DNA of 63,234 bases, filler included, from Sphacelaria rigidula (taxonomy: Eukaryota), in assembly GCA_964200075.2 (NCBI GenBank). It is 9 parts of 9 records of this genome, joined end to end, with 100 filler letters (N's around TTAATTAATTAA, not from the genome) between each part and the next. Parts side by side here need not be neighbours in the genome. Positions count along the whole stretch, not along the records: positions 56,298 to 63,234 come from CAXNAA020017327.1; 8 more parts are not named here. One strand, written 5' to 3'. The translations under genes were made by a program, and so were the position numbers. The notes beneath the pieces are model-generated. The model searched no databases. It saw only the letters and a program-made list of their open reading frames with translations, and had not been told where the DNA came from. How positions within the stretch are numbered: position 1 is the first letter of the stretch; the number at the start of each line of letters is the position of its first letter. Below are positions 63,048-63,234 of this stretch, piece after piece.

Positions 63048-63234
63048 TGTACTCATGATCTTGCCTGTCATAGTCATGAGATTAGACCATTGACCTAGCA
63101 TCCCTACGAAGCCGGGGCACGCCGGGTTTTTGCCAGACCAGGCTCTGTTCGAAGGCGGGGAGGGGGTGGGTGTACTCATGATCATGCATGCCATAGTCAT
63201 AAGACCATTCACCTCGCATCCCTACAAAGCCGGG
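63048..63234 (-). mobile_element. Two adjacent family A 3' ends
   Basis: GGTGTACTCATGATC at about 63046 and 63170; the second is preceded by a G-rich tract. Confidence 0.82.

Overview
Eukaryotic, repeat-rich genomic DNA. It is not one locus: nine contigs of 6,937-6,938 bp are joined by eight identical artificial 100-bp spacers (N44-TTAATTAATTAA-N44), so adjacency across a spacer means nothing. Short exons in long TE-filled introns, the LINE content and TTAGGG-type repeats suggest a brown alga (Phaeophyceae); this is inference, not a database match. Exons of five partial genes can be read, with GT-AG boundaries and consistent phases: a choline-transporter-like (CTL/SLC44) gene, an LRRC72-like LRR gene, a DEAH-box RNA helicase, an 8-exon F-box/LRR gene and one ABCG exon. 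The rest is mostly mobile DNA: degenerate RTE-type LINEs, a second LINE type, a Ty1/copia relic, a solo LTR with TSD, a full-length tRNA-derived SINE, MITE and foldback families, and two tandem arrays. Most notable: (1) a dispersed SINE-like repeat shares its 3' tail with a LINE and usually ends in C-tracts instead of poly(A); (2) a GAG...CTC element family with 4-bp TSDs resembles Sola2; (3) long foldback palindromes, one split by a solo LTR; (4) a satellite amplified together with an embedded MITE. I see no CRISPR array, prokaryotic operon or intact autonomous element.
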